A stretch of 64,000 bases of DNA from Lentisphaeria bacterium (GCA_041690595.1 JAWLHB010000034.1:1-64000); one strand, 5' to 3'; numbered from the stretch's first letter, positions 35,467 through 45,807 are shown. The notes: generated by a model from the letters alone, not told the origin. Numbers and translations: made by a program.

Positions 35467-38400
35467 ATGAAGCCAGTCACCGTTCTGCTTCCACTCCTCC
35501 TGCTTCTTCTTGCGACAGCTCAGGTCACTGCCGAGGAGGTGGTTTCGGAAATCCCCGATCTCCTGCTCATCGACGACTTCGAGAGCGGCATCGACCGCTG
35601 GCACAATGACGACACCGGCACCCTCGAAGCGGTCGATGACGGCAAGGGCGGAAAGGCCATGCGCTGGACCGCCACCGACGATGGCATCGGCCACATCATC
35701 CTCAAGAAACTGGACCGCGCCGAGATCGACTTCAGCCAGTATCAGCTGCTCAGCTTCCGCATCAAGCTGGAGGGCAAGAAGGCCTGGAACGTCAACCCCG
35801 TCGTGCATCAGTATCCTGCCGCCTACGGCTATCGCGCGCTCTACTACAGCATCGATACCCTGATGCCCTTTGGCGAGTGGTTCGACTACACCCAGGATCT
35901 GCGCCGATGGGAAAATGCCTGGCCCGACACCTTCAGCACCGAAGCGCAGGAGTTTCAGTTCGAAATCGCCCAGCTCGCCGGCGCCGAAGCCACCCGCGTC
36001 TACATCGACGATATCCGCCTGCTCAAGAACCCGCTCGGCATCGAGCGCTCGTACGATGGCCGCCATGGCATCCTTCCCGACGGCACGCAGGTCACCCATT
36101 TCGACATTCGCCTTCGCAACCAGTCCGATGCGCCCATTCGGCTGGCCGCGGCGCTGCGCGAAGGTTCCCTGACGCATTTCACCGCCAGCATCACGATGCC
36201 CGAAACTCTCCTCCCCGGCGAAAGTGCCTCGGCCCAGGTGCAGGTCAAAGCCCCTCTGGAACTGCCTGCCGACCTTCCCAAGTGGTATGGAGAGACAGCC
36301 ATCGTCGGCTTTTCTGTCCTCGACACGCCAGGGCTGACCCTCTTCGTAGAGCTGACCGCCGGCACCCTCCCGGAAGATCGCCAGCATCCATGCATCCTCG
36401 CCACGCCCGAACACGTCAAACGCTGGCAGGCACAGTGGAGCAATCCAGAGACACGCAAGCAGATGGATCGCGCCTTCGTCACCTTCGTCAACAAGGCGGA
36501 GGAGGCCATGGTCCGGGAGCAGAGCTATCCGGTCCTCGCGCATGTCGGCATCACCCGCTGTCCGAAAGATGATGGCCCGTTGGCGGAGATCATCGTCGAA
36601 AGCTCACCGTATCACACCTATCAGTGCCCTCAGTGCGGCAAGGCCTACAGTGGTCCGCTCTACGACGCCGGCATGCTCCGTTGGTCGGGAAAACACCAGC
36701 TCAATGCCGCTGACGCCCGAAATCTGGGCCTCGCCGCCGCCGTCACCGGCCGTCGGGACTTCGCCAACGCGGCGGCGCGCATCCTCCGCACCTATGTGGA
36801 TGTCTATCCCAAGCTGCCTGTCATGGCGCTCGAATCCGGCAGTCCTGCCTACAGTCATACCTCCGGAGCCGCCCGCATTGGCAGCACCTACATGCGTGAA
36901 CGCGGCTGGTTGACCGATCTCGCCATTGCGCTCGACTTCATTCTTCCCATGGGCGTGATGAGCGAGGAAGATCTGGACGCGGTGCGCCGTGAGGTATTTG
37001 CCCCCTCCGCCCACCTCATGATGGATCACAAGGTCGGCGCGATGAATCTGCAGTGGATGATTGCGTCCGCCGGGCTCTTTGCCGGCCTCGCCAGCGACCA
37101 TCCCACCTTGGTCGCCCGCTCGATGTACGATCCCCACGGTGTACAGAATCTGCTGGCGGTCGGCTACCTGGACGATGGAAACTGGTGGGAGAACCCCTCG
37201 TACCAGAATGTCGCCAACGGGATTGCCTATCCGGTGCTCACCACCTGCCTGCGCAACGGCATCATCGAGTGGGAGCCTCGCCTCAATCGCATCTTCTCCG
37301 CGCAATTCCGCACCTATGGCCCCGACGGCCGCGGACCCACTCTCGGCACCGGCGGCCCCGGCGGATGGAACTATGCGGTCAACCTGCTGCACTCGCTTGC
37401 CGATGTAATCGACGATCCCGAGCTGGCTTGGGCGCCGCATCATCTGCCCATGTGGCGCGCGACTTCGGGCGGCGGGCAACCGTACGACAGCTATCTCTGG
37501 GCGCTCACCTGGCAGGCTCCGCCCATGCTGTCGAAAGAGGAGACGCGCTCGCCTATCCCCACCACCACCACCCATCTGGAAGATTATGGCGGCCTGGCCC
37601 TCCGGGTGCCCGACGCCCGAAACTACTGCTATTTCTACTACGGGCGCGAACTCGTTCATGGCCACCGGAACAAGCTCTCCCTCAACGCCTTTGCCAAAGG
37701 TGAGTGGTTCATGCGCAACGTCGCCGGTGGCTATGGCGACAACTTCAAGAACTTCCTCGAAACCATCGCCAGCAGCAACACAGTTATGGTCGATGGCACG
37801 GATGCCGACTGGGATACGGGTGAGCTGCTCTTCCACGCTACCCATGATGGTATCGAACTTGCCAGCGCGCGCGAGGTCGGCGCCTGGAAGGATGTCGAGC
37901 ATGAACGCAGCATCGTCTTTACCGGCGGGCCGCTGGTTGTCATCGATCGGCTTCTCGGCGACAAGCCCCATCGTTATGACTGGCTCTATCATGCCAACCT
38001 GACCAAGCTCGAACTCGATGGCGAGGGGCTGGCCACGCATCAGGAGCCGCTGGGCGAGACGTCCCTCTATGAATCGCTTCTTCCCGACCGCCGTTTCGGT
38101 ACTCCCGCCACCGCCCACTTCACGCGTCCAAGTGGCAGCGGGCTGCGAATGGCCTTCCTGCCCCGCGGCGAGCTTTTCGCCTTCAAGGCTCTCGGCAAGT
38201 CTCCCGGACTGCTCTGGCGCCAGGATGGTGACGCGGTCGGCTTTGCCGCCGTCTACTGGCCGTACGCGAAGGATGAATCCGGCGACGTCGCTATCGAAGC
38301 CATTCCGGTTCAGAATGCGGAAGGGCAAGAGGTCGATCTGCGCAGCGCGCAGGCCGTCAGGGTCACGACTCCCGATGGCGCCTGGCTCGTTCTGGTCAAT

Positions 38401-38469
38401 TATACGGGCAAGCCTCTCTCGGCCGCCTCCCTTTCCGGTGCGGACCGGATCCAGATCCAGAAGCTGTAG
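35467..38469 (+). CDS. Secreted heparinase II/III-like polysaccharide lyase with N-terminal CBM-like domain
   Basis: Signal peptide; IDDFE...YIDDIRL jelly-roll; DGNWWE..YQ, HGHRNKLS and NTVMVDG. Confidence 0.75.
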   Translation: MKPVTVLLPLLLLLLATAQVTAEEVVSEIPDLLLIDDFESGIDRWHNDDTGTLEAVDDGKGGKAMRWTATDDGIGHIILKKLDRAEIDFSQYQLLSFRIKLEGKKAWNVNPVVHQYPAAYGYRALYYSIDTLMPFGEWFDYTQDLRRWENAWPDTFSTEAQEFQFEIAQLAGAEATRVYIDDIRLLKNPLGIERSYDGRHGILPDGTQVTHFDIRLRNQSDAPIRLAAALREGSLTHFTASITMPETLLPGESASAQVQVKAPLELPADLPKWYGETAIVGFSVLDTPGLTLFVELTAGTLPEDRQHPCILATPEHVKRWQAQWSNPETRKQMDRAFVTFVNKAEEAMVREQSYPVLAHVGITRCPKDDGPLAEIIVESSPYHTYQCPQCGKAYSGPLYDAGMLRWSGKHQLNAADARNLGLAAAVTGRRDFANAAARILRTYVDVYPKLPVMALESGSPAYSHTSGAARIGSTYMRERGWLTDLAIALDFILPMGVMSEEDLDAVRREVFAPSAHLMMDHKVGAMNLQWMIASAGLFAGLASDHPTLVARSMYDPHGVQNLLAVGYLDDGNWWENPSYQNVANGIAYPVLTTCLRNGIIEWEPRLNRIFSAQFRTYGPDGRGPTLGTGGPGGWNYAVNLLHSLADVIDDPELAWAPHHLPMWRATSGGGQPYDSYLWALTWQAPPMLSKEETRSPIPTTTTHLEDYGGLALRVPDARNYCYFYYGRELVHGHRNKLSLNAFAKGEWFMRNVAGGYGDNFKNFLETIASSNTVMVDGTDADWDTGELLFHATHDGIELASAREVGAWKDVEHERSIVFTGGPLVVIDRLLGDKPHRYDWLYHANLTKLELDGEGLATHQEPLGETSLYESLLPDRRFGTPATAHFTRPSGSGLRMAFLPRGELFAFKALGKSPGLLWRQDGDAVGFAAVYWPYAKDESGDVAIEAIPVQNAEGQEVDLRSAQAVRVTTPDGAWLVLVNYTGKPLSAASLSGADRIQIQKL

Positions 38470-38514
38470 AGGCGCAATTCGGGGTGAGAGCAGCCAAATT
38501 CAAGGTGTGCGCAC

Positions 38515-38544
38515 TTGACCCGACACCTTGCTGATGCGTATACT
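38515..38544 (+). promoter_or_regulatory. Sigma-70 promoter for rsgA
   Basis: TTGACC, 18-bp spacer, TATACT. Confidence 0.6.
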
Positions 38545-38583
38545 ACTCATTCTCACTTGCTCTACCGCCCTGGATGGAATGCG

Positions 38584-39654
38584 ATGGATTTGATCGATCT
38601 TGGCTGGGACGAATGGTTTCAGCAGTTTTCCGAATTGTACGAGCTGCCTCAACGAATACTGGGGCGTGTCGTGCGCGAACAGCGTGGCGTCTATCTCGTC
38701 CATGATGCCATCCGCGAGCGCCAGGCCACCGCCGCGGGCCGGCTGCGCCACCATGCGGTGACTGACAGCGATCTGCCCACCGTCGGCGACTGGGTCGTCA
38801 TCCGCGAACAGGCGGCCGGCGATGCGCGTATCGATACGGTGCTTCCCCGCCGCTCCTGTCTCAGCCGCAAGGTTCCCGGCAAGCGCACCCAGGAGCAGCT
38901 CCTCGCCAGTAACATCGACATTCTCTTCATCGTCATCAGTCTCGACCAGAACTACAACCCGCGCCGCATCGAGCGTTATCTGACCTTGGCGGAGAGCACC
39001 GGCACCCATCCGGTTGTACTCCTCAATAAGGCGGATCTGAACCCAGATTACGAAGGACTGCTGGCCGAGACGCAGCGGCTCGCGGGCACCGTGCCGGCAC
39101 ATGCCTGCAGCGCCTCCAGCGGCGTCGGCGTGGAGCAGCTTCGGGCGTATCTCGGGCGTGGACAAACCGCCGTCTTTCTCGGCTCTTCGGGCGTCGGCAA
39201 GTCTTCCATCATCAATCAGCTATTCGCCAGCGATGTGCAGGCCACGCAGCCGGTCCGTGAACGCGACAGCCGGGGCCGCCATACCACCACCACCCGCCAG
39301 CTTCTGGTTCTGCCGCAGGGTGGAGCCATCATTGACACGCCCGGTCTTCGCGAACTCCAGCTCTGGGTCGATAACGATGCCGTCTCCAGCAGTTTCGAGG
39401 ACATCGCCGCTTTCGCCCAGGGATGCCGTTTTCGCGACTGCCGCCATCAGGGCGAGCCTGGCTGCGCCGTCCGCGCCGCGGCCGAGAGCGGAGAACTGCC
39501 CTCCGAGCGCCTGGAGAGCTATCACCGCCAGCATCGCGAAGTGAAGCAGTTGCAGAGCCGGCAGGAAGAACATGCCCAGCGCGACGAGAAGAGTCAGGGA
39601 AAGATCGACCACAAGGCCGAGCGGCGTATCTTCAAGCAGCGCGGCAAGCCCTGA
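38584..39654 (+). CDS. rsgA: Ribosome small subunit-dependent GTPase A
   Basis: VGDWV, NKAD, GSSGVGKSS, GRHTT, DTPG and CRFRDCRHxxEPGC Zn finger. Confidence 0.95.
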   Translation: MDLIDLGWDEWFQQFSELYELPQRILGRVVREQRGVYLVHDAIRERQATAAGRLRHHAVTDSDLPTVGDWVVIREQAAGDARIDTVLPRRSCLSRKVPGKRTQEQLLASNIDILFIVISLDQNYNPRRIERYLTLAESTGTHPVVLLNKADLNPDYEGLLAETQRLAGTVPAHACSASSGVGVEQLRAYLGRGQTAVFLGSSGVGKSSIINQLFASDVQATQPVRERDSRGRHTTTTRQLLVLPQGGAIIDTPGLRELQLWVDNDAVSSSFEDIAAFAQGCRFRDCRHQGEPGCAVRAAAESGELPSERLESYHRQHREVKQLQSRQEEHAQRDEKSQGKIDHKAERRIFKQRGKP

Positions 39655-39659
39655 GGGCA

Positions 39660-39688
39660 TTGACTTGGCGGACGCCGGCGCGTATACT
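39660..39688 (+). promoter_or_regulatory. Sigma-70 promoter for the prepilin-like gene
   Basis: TTGACT, 17-bp spacer, TATACT. Confidence 0.7.
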
Positions 39689-39725
39689 ATTCCGAGGCGA
39701 AACCGTCATTGAACTGGAGGTTGTC

Positions 39726-40316
39726 ATGGACAAGTCAGCTGGTAAGGGTAAACGATTGAAGCGTCGCATCATGGGCTTCACGGTAGTGGAAGTGATAGCC
39801 GTGGCGACCATGGTGGGCGGTGTGCCGATGGGGGCCTATACCCGTGCCAAGAGCAAAGCCCATCAGGCGGAATGCACCAGCAATCTTCAGCAGATCGGAC
39901 AGTTGCTCCAGATGTACGTCATGGAGAATGGCGAGTATCCCCGTGCTGCCTTCTTCCCCGCCAACCCCAGGACCGATGCGGACAGCATTCGCGTCATGCT
40001 CTCGGACATACCTGAAAAGATGTGGCTCTGCCCCGGCCTGCCGGACGCCTTGCACGAGAAGGGGCTGACCTTTGTCTACAATGACTCGCTTGGCGGCCAG
40101 CGATCGCTGGACAATCCGGACAAAAAGTGGGTGCTCATCGAGATGACCTGTGTCTCGAAGAAGGCTCCGTTTGCCCATCCGACCGGCTACAACGTGCTCT
40201 TCGCCAGCGGCCGGGTGATCACCACCAATCGCCTGCCCAGTCGCATCACCGAGACCCAGCAGGCGCGGCTCGAACAGCTCCAGCGCGACTTCATGATCGC
40301 CAGCCACAGTCACTGA
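39726..40316 (+). CDS. Prepilin-type N-terminal cleavage/methylation protein (DUF1559/H-X9-DG-like)
   Basis: Basic leader then G|FTVVE; CTSNLQQIG; C-terminal H-PTGYNVLFA-SG; GGAGG RBS at 39716-39720. Confidence 0.8.
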   Translation: MDKSAGKGKRLKRRIMGFTVVEVIAVATMVGGVPMGAYTRAKSKAHQAECTSNLQQIGQLLQMYVMENGEYPRAAFFPANPRTDADSIRVMLSDIPEKMWLCPGLPDALHEKGLTFVYNDSLGGQRSLDNPDKKWVLIEMTCVSKKAPFAHPTGYNVLFASGRVITTNRLPSRITETQQARLEQLQRDFMIASHSH

Positions 40317-40450
40317 ATCGCGGTCTTGACCCGGCTTTACCCTATCGTCGACTCAGGCTGAATCCGACGTCTGCGTTTGCGTGTCCACCGCTTGTCGTTA
40401 CATTACACTTTTCGCGGCATCATCTCCGACCCCATTCCCATCCGAGTACG

Positions 40451-42010
40451 ATGAACCACCCCTCCAGCTTCTATCTGACCACTCCCATCTATTATGTCAA
40501 CGACAAGCCGCATATCGGCCATGCGTACACCACCATCCTGGGGGATGTTCTGGCGCGATACCATCGGCTGCTCGCTATTCCAACCTGGTTCCTCACCGGT
40601 ACCGATGAGCACGGGCAGAAGGTGGCGCGGGCCGCGGAGCAGCACGGCATGTCCTGCCAGGAGCAGGCGGATACCACCGTCGTTCGCTTTCAGCAACTCT
40701 GGGACAAGCTCGAAATCACCCACGACGACTTCATCCGCACCAGCGAAGAACGCCACAAGGTCGTCGTGCAGAACATCCTCAGCGACCTCTGGGAGCGGGG
40801 TGAGATCTACAGCGACGTCTACGCCGGGTGGTACTCCGTCGGCGAAGAGCGCTTCTTCAGTGAAAAGGAACTGGTAGACGGCAAGGACCCCATCAGCGGA
40901 AGGGCCGTCGAGTGGATAGAGGAGACCAACTATTTCTTCCGCATGAGCGCCTATCAGGAGTGGCTGGTCGAGCATATCAAGAGCCACCCGGAATTCATTC
41001 AGCCCGACTTTCGCCGTAACGAGACGCTGGGCTTTCTGCGCCAGCCGCTCGGCGATCTCTGCATCTCGCGTCCGAAGTCCCGCCTGCCATGGGGGATCGA
41101 GTTGCCATTCGACAAGGATTACGTCTGCTATGTCTGGTTCGACGCCCTCGTCAACTACATCAGCGCGATCGGCTATTCGGTCGATGACGATCGTTTCCGC
41201 ACTTGGTGGCCGGTCAACTACCACCTCATCGGCAAGGATATCCTGACGACGCACACCGTCTACTGGCCGACCATGCTCAAGGCCATCGGCGTCGAACAGC
41301 CCCGCACCATCTTCGCCCACGGCTGGTGGCTGATCGATCAAGCCAAGATGAGCAAAACCACCGGCAACGTGGTCGATCCACAGGCCTTCTCCGAGACCTA
41401 CGGGGTGGACGAGTTCCGCTATCACCTGATCGCCGAGATGACGCTGGGCAACGATGCCAACTTCAGCGAGCTGGGCTTTGCGGAACGCTACAACAACGAT
41501 CTCGCCGACGGCATCGGCAACATGCTCAGCCGCGTCGTGAAGATGATCCACAAGCAGTGCGAGGGGCGTGTGCCGGCACCTGGCGACCTGACCGACGACG
41601 AGACCGAGCTTCGGAGCCTCGCGCATGCGGTGGTCGACGACATGGAGAAGGCGATCGAGGAGATGAAGCTCGACCGCGGTGTGCAGAGGGTGGGGGAGGT
41701 GGTGCGTGCCTGCAACCGCTACTTCGAAAAGACCGCGCCCTGGAAGCTCGCCAAGAGTGGTGACAACCAGCGTCTCCATACCGTGCTTTACACCGCCGCC
41801 GAGGCACTCCGCGTTGTCAGCGGCCTCCTCTTCCCGATCATGCCGGGAAAGATGGCCCAGCTGCGCGCCGTTCTTGGCCTGGGCCACGACGATCCGCGCC
41901 TGGAAGATTTGCGCGAATGGGGCGTCCTCCAGGCAGGCGCTCAGCTCGGCGAACCTGTCGTGCTCTTCCCCCGGCTCGATCTGCAACAGCTCAAGGCGGA
42001 TATCGACTGA
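40451..42010 (+). CDS. metG: Methionine--tRNA ligase (short form without the C-terminal dimerisation domain)
   Basis: TTPIYYVN, HIGH, GTDEHG, YVWFDAL, GKDI and KMSKT. Confidence 0.95.
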   Translation: MNHPSSFYLTTPIYYVNDKPHIGHAYTTILGDVLARYHRLLAIPTWFLTGTDEHGQKVARAAEQHGMSCQEQADTTVVRFQQLWDKLEITHDDFIRTSEERHKVVVQNILSDLWERGEIYSDVYAGWYSVGEERFFSEKELVDGKDPISGRAVEWIEETNYFFRMSAYQEWLVEHIKSHPEFIQPDFRRNETLGFLRQPLGDLCISRPKSRLPWGIELPFDKDYVCYVWFDALVNYISAIGYSVDDDRFRTWWPVNYHLIGKDILTTHTVYWPTMLKAIGVEQPRTIFAHGWWLIDQAKMSKTTGNVVDPQAFSETYGVDEFRYHLIAEMTLGNDANFSELGFAERYNNDLADGIGNMLSRVVKMIHKQCEGRVPAPGDLTDDETELRSLAHAVVDDMEKAIEEMKLDRGVQRVGEVVRACNRYFEKTAPWKLAKSGDNQRLHTVLYTAAEALRVVSGLLFPIMPGKMAQLRAVLGLGHDDPRLEDLREWGVLQAGAQLGEPVVLFPRLDLQQLKADID

Positions 42011-42017
42011 AGGGCGG

Positions 42018-42986
42018 CTACAACAGCTCGTTGAGCATGTCCAGATAGCCTTTCATCATGCCGACGATCTGCATGACGACGATGATCACCACGATGAAGT
42101 AGAAGAGCAGCGGCAGGATCTTGCCAAGGCGGCCGAGCGCCACCTCGGCCGCAAACTCCGCCTGTTCGGCTATCTTGTCGAGCATCTCGTCGAGGCGACC
42201 GCTTTCGACGCCGGTTTCGAGCATGCCCTGCTGGATGGCGGAAAGCGTGTGTGTCGGACGGATGGCGGTGGCGATGTCGGTGCCTTCACGGATGGCGGGG
42301 ACAGCCCGGCGGAAACGATGACGCAGCACCGCATTGCCGGTGGCGTCGGCGCCGTTCTCCACGGCTCCAGCCAGCGGATAGCCGGCATTGTAGAGAGCTT
42401 CGCAGGTGCGGGCGAATCGGGCTATCCCCAGATTGCGGGTGATGCCGGCGGCAACGGGCATGTGCAGCAGAAAGGCGTCGAAGACGTCGCGGGTCAGTGG
42501 CAGCGTGCGCAGGAGTCGCACCAGCAGCCAGCCACCCACGATGAGACCGTACAGAATGGCAAATCCCTTGATGCCCGCCACAATCGCCGCCCCCGTGCTT
42601 ACGGTGAAGAGCATCACGATCACCCGCACCAGCACCGCGACGTGCAGGACGATGAAGGGATAGATCAGCTGGCCGATGAAGGCGCTGCGCATTGCCGCCT
42701 GGCGCTCCAGCCATACCGCCAGCCTCTTCATCACGACGTCCAGACGGCCGCTCATCTCGCCGGCGCGGATCAGATGCAGGTGCAGCGGCGGGAACTCTCC
42801 CAGCGCCTCCATGGCATCGCTGAGGCTGCCGCCATGGCGCAGCTCCGCCGCCAGCCGCCGGGCCAACCGCCGCACCGTCAGATCCCCCTGCTTGCTCAAT
42901 GCCTGCAGTGCACGTTCGTGCGACAGCCCCGCATCGACCATGGTCGCGTACTGATGATAGTAGTTGGCAAGTAGCTTGTGACGCAT
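42018..42986 (-). CDS. Type II secretion F / PilC family platform protein
   Basis: Two GspF repeats (AGEMSGRLD, GVESGRLD), each followed by TM helices. Confidence 0.85.
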   Translation of the reverse strand: MRHKLLANYYHQYATMVDAGLSHERALQALSKQGDLTVRRLARRLAAELRHGGSLSDAMEALGEFPPLHLHLIRAGEMSGRLDVVMKRLAVWLERQAAMRSAFIGQLIYPFIVLHVAVLVRVIVMLFTVSTGAAIVAGIKGFAILYGLIVGGWLLVRLLRTLPLTRDVFDAFLLHMPVAAGITRNLGIARFARTCEALYNAGYPLAGAVENGADATGNAVLRHRFRRAVPAIREGTDIATAIRPTHTLSAIQQGMLETGVESGRLDEMLDKIAEQAEFAAEVALGRLGKILPLLFYFIVVIIVVMQIVGMMKGYLDMLNELL

Positions 42987-43053
42987 CCTCTGGCCTTTTC
43001 TGATCGAGTGAGCCTTGTATCGGTGAATGATCTCAATACATTAGCTTACCATT

Positions 43054-43082
43054 TTGACAGTACGACCGGCTCGCCATATACA
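43054..43082 (+). promoter_or_regulatory. Sigma-70 promoter for fucI
   Basis: TTGACA, 17-bp spacer, TATACA; AGGAG RBS. Confidence 0.55.
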
Positions 43083-43100
43083 ACGACACAGGAGATTGCC

Positions 43101-44918
43101 ATGCAAAGGCCCGATTTCGAGAAACTTGCCACCACCGCCCGCAAGTTCACCAGGAGCGAACGCCGCCTGGTGGGGCACATCCCCACCATCGCGCTCACTC
43201 CCGTCGCTGACGGACGCACCGGCGCCTACGAAAGTAATGTTCCCAAGACTTGGGCGCTCGTCGAGAAGGTCTACAAGCTCATTTCGGAAAATGTCTTCCT
43301 GCCCGATGGTACTCCCGTGCGGCTGGTGGTCGCGCCGGAGATCGTCTATGGCGCGCGCTCTGGTGCGCTGGCGCAGGAGAAGTATACCCGCGAAGGCGTT
43401 TCGGCTAATATCTTCATCAGCCGCTCCTGGGCCTACAGCGACGAATTGATGAGCTGTTGCCAGGGCATCGGCTCTTCGGAATGGGTGCAGGCCGCCTACG
43501 GCCTCAACCAGACCGACCGCCCCGGTGCCGTCTGGCTCAAGGCCTTCTGCGCAGCCATGGACGAAAAGGTGCGCCCCATCTTCTCGATCTATAATCCCGA
43601 CCTGGAAGACGAGGACGAGCCCTTCTCCGCCTACGTGGCGGAACGCCTGCTCCGCTTCGCCCGCTGCGCCACCGCCATCGCCGAGATGCGCGGCAAGAAC
43701 TACCTCAACGTCGGCAGCGTTTCCATGGGCATCATCGGCTCCGATGCCCGCCGCAATCTCATGCTCCACTACTTCGGCATGGGCACCTGCAACTATGATA
43801 TGGTTGGCGTCAAGGGGCGCATTGACAACGGCATGTACGACAAGGCCGAGCTTGCCCGCGCCATCGAGTGGTTCGGCAGGTTCAAGAAGAGCTTCAACAG
43901 CAAGTCTCCGCTGAGCGACGAGAAGCTGGTCAAATTCTCCATCCAGTCTGCCATGGTCGTGCGTGACCTGATGGTTGGCAATGCCGGCATCGCCCGCCGC
44001 GACGTTGAACATGCCCAAGGGTATAACGCCATCGCGGCCGGTACGCAGGGGCAGCGTCAGTGGACGGACCTGTACCCCAATTTCGACCTGACGGAGTCCG
44101 TCCTCAACAGCTCGTTCGACTGGAATGGCTACCGGGCTCCCTATATCGTAGCGACCGAGAACGACTCCAAGAATGGCGTCGGCATGCTTGCCGCGAGTCT
44201 CCTCAGCGGTATGCCGCAGCTCTTTGCCGACATCCGCACCAACTGGACGGCGCAGTCCATCAAGAAGGCAACCGGGACCGATGTGAGCAAGATCTGCCCG
44301 AATGGCCTGATCGACAAGCGCAATTCCGGTGCCGCCGCCCTTGACTATGCCATCGACATCTATGGGCTGGTCGATCCCACGCACAAGATGCCGATCCAGG
44401 AAGTCGCCAAGCGCATTCGCAACGATCAGTCCCTGCAGCAGAAGCTGATGGACAAGGTGGTCGAAGGCACCCACTACATGGCGGCGAACCTCGAGTACTT
44501 CCCCGGCGATGGATTGAGCAGTCACTTCACAACGCCCGGTGACATCCCCATGACGGCCTACCGGTACAACGTGGTCGGCAATCATGTCACCGTCTCGATC
44601 GTCGAAGGCGAAACGGTCGCCCTTCCCAAGAAGGTGGCGGACAAGATCGGCAAGGTGACCGATCCGACGTGGCCGGAATCGTACTGGGTGCCGCGCGGCA
44701 TGTCCTCTTTCGAGTACATGAGCAAGATGAGCCCGAATCACGATGCCAACAGCTTCGGCCTGATCGGTGCCGACCTGGTTACCCTCAACGCCATGCTGCG
44801 CATTCCCGTAGACCTCTGCAATATAGCGGCGGAGGATATCTTCCGGCCGACGATGTGGGACCGTTTTGGCGGCGACGACTTCGCTGCCTGCAACTACCTC
44901 GGCCCGCTGTATACCTGA
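43101..44918 (+). CDS. fucI: L-fucose/D-arabinose isomerase
   Basis: RPGAVWL, SVSMGIIGS, QGQRQWTD, LNSSFDWNG, ATENDS, FADIRT, NSG and DPTWP. Confidence 0.9.
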   Translation: MQRPDFEKLATTARKFTRSERRLVGHIPTIALTPVADGRTGAYESNVPKTWALVEKVYKLISENVFLPDGTPVRLVVAPEIVYGARSGALAQEKYTREGVSANIFISRSWAYSDELMSCCQGIGSSEWVQAAYGLNQTDRPGAVWLKAFCAAMDEKVRPIFSIYNPDLEDEDEPFSAYVAERLLRFARCATAIAEMRGKNYLNVGSVSMGIIGSDARRNLMLHYFGMGTCNYDMVGVKGRIDNGMYDKAELARAIEWFGRFKKSFNSKSPLSDEKLVKFSIQSAMVVRDLMVGNAGIARRDVEHAQGYNAIAAGTQGQRQWTDLYPNFDLTESVLNSSFDWNGYRAPYIVATENDSKNGVGMLAASLLSGMPQLFADIRTNWTAQSIKKATGTDVSKICPNGLIDKRNSGAAALDYAIDIYGLVDPTHKMPIQEVAKRIRNDQSLQQKLMDKVVEGTHYMAANLEYFPGDGLSSHFTTPGDIPMTAYRYNVVGNHVTVSIVEGETVALPKKVADKIGKVTDPTWPESYWVPRGMSSFEYMSKMSPNHDANSFGLIGADLVTLNAMLRIPVDLCNIAAEDIFRPTMWDRFGGDDFAACNYLGPLYT

Positions 44919-44926
44919 TTCCGTCT

Positions 44927-44970
44927 GCCCTCAGCCCGTCGCCTCTGTCTGGAGGCGGCGGGCTCGGGGC
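44927..44970. terminator. GC-rich hairpin at the junction of convergent genes
   Basis: GCCCTCAGCCCGTCGCCTC...GAGGCGGCGGGCTCGGGGC; no U-tract. Confidence 0.5.
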
Positions 44971-45743
44971 GGCGCATGGGGAGATCTCAGCCCCCAGACC
45001 TCGGCGATCTGCTCCATGTACTGCGGCTTGAAGTCGTTGTAATGGAAGAAGGCGAACTCCCGGATGCGCGGATCACGCAGGTCGATGCAGGGACCGGTGC
45101 GGGCATAGTCATCGGTATCGAGCAGTTGACTGAGGTTGCAGTGATCCAACTGCAGCTTCTGGTCGAAGAGGATGTCCAGGTTCTCCTTTTCGAGATGGCA
45201 GGTCATGCTCAGGAGATTCAGATCGGTCAATGGCAGGTCGTACAGGGTGTCGCCGACCTGGTCGACGTAGCGGGCATAGATGTCGCGAAACCGGCGGCTG
45301 TAGAAGAGGATGCCTGCCATCAGGAAAGGCCACTCCCGCGGTTGCCAGTCATGTTCGCGCTTGAAGGATTTCCATGGCAGCGCCGTGATCACCACATCCT
45401 TCGAGCGTGCCTGCTCGATCAAGTCATGAAGCGGATTGAGCACGACCGTGTCGACATCGATGTAGAGGGTCGTTTCGAATGGAGTTTCGAGCATCACCTT
45501 TGCTTTTTCGGCGATGACCTGTGTGTTCTGGCCCTGCCGCCGTCGCCGCGCTTCCCATTTCCAGAAGCTCAGCGCCCGGTAGGCATGCTTCCACAACGGC
45601 GTCGTCGCTGAAGGCACTTTCACGATCTCCACCGGGACATCGGGATGGAAACGTCGCAGTGACTGCAGGCTGATGTCCGCCATGGCGCGGAAACTTGGAT
45701 TCTCATCCAGGAAATACAGAATACCGAATGATCGGTCACTCAT
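44931..45743 (-). CDS. Putative GT-A fold glycosyltransferase (GT8-like)
   Basis: SLRRFHP, K...TPFETTLYIDVD (DxD), AGILFY, D and FFHY. Confidence 0.65.
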   Translation of the reverse strand: MSDRSFGILYFLDENPSFRAMADISLQSLRRFHPDVPVEIVKVPSATTPLWKHAYRALSFWKWEARRRRQGQNTQVIAEKAKVMLETPFETTLYIDVDTVVLNPLHDLIEQARSKDVVITALPWKSFKREHDWQPREWPFLMAGILFYSRRFRDIYARYVDQVGDTLYDLPLTDLNLLSMTCHLEKENLDILFDQKLQLDHCNLSQLLDTDDYARTGPCIDLRDPRIREFAFFHYNDFKPQYMEQIAEVWGLRSPHAPPRARRLQTEATG

Positions 45744-45807
45744 ACTGATATGCGTCCTCTATGCTGTGGAGGCTCACTCGTGCCAAAGGATGAATGGCGA
45801 TGCAAGC

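Noticed and set aside
39423..40450. Long N-terminal extensions in the ORF track (39423, 40127; also 56243, 32534-33376, 47000-48139)
   Set aside because: They overlap upstream genes or promoters; downstream ATGs match family N-termini, several with a clear RBS or gene overlap.
40317..40450. T-box or SAM riboswitch before metG
   Set aside because: Too short, and lacks the T-box (AAGGTGGTACC-like) or SAM consensus.
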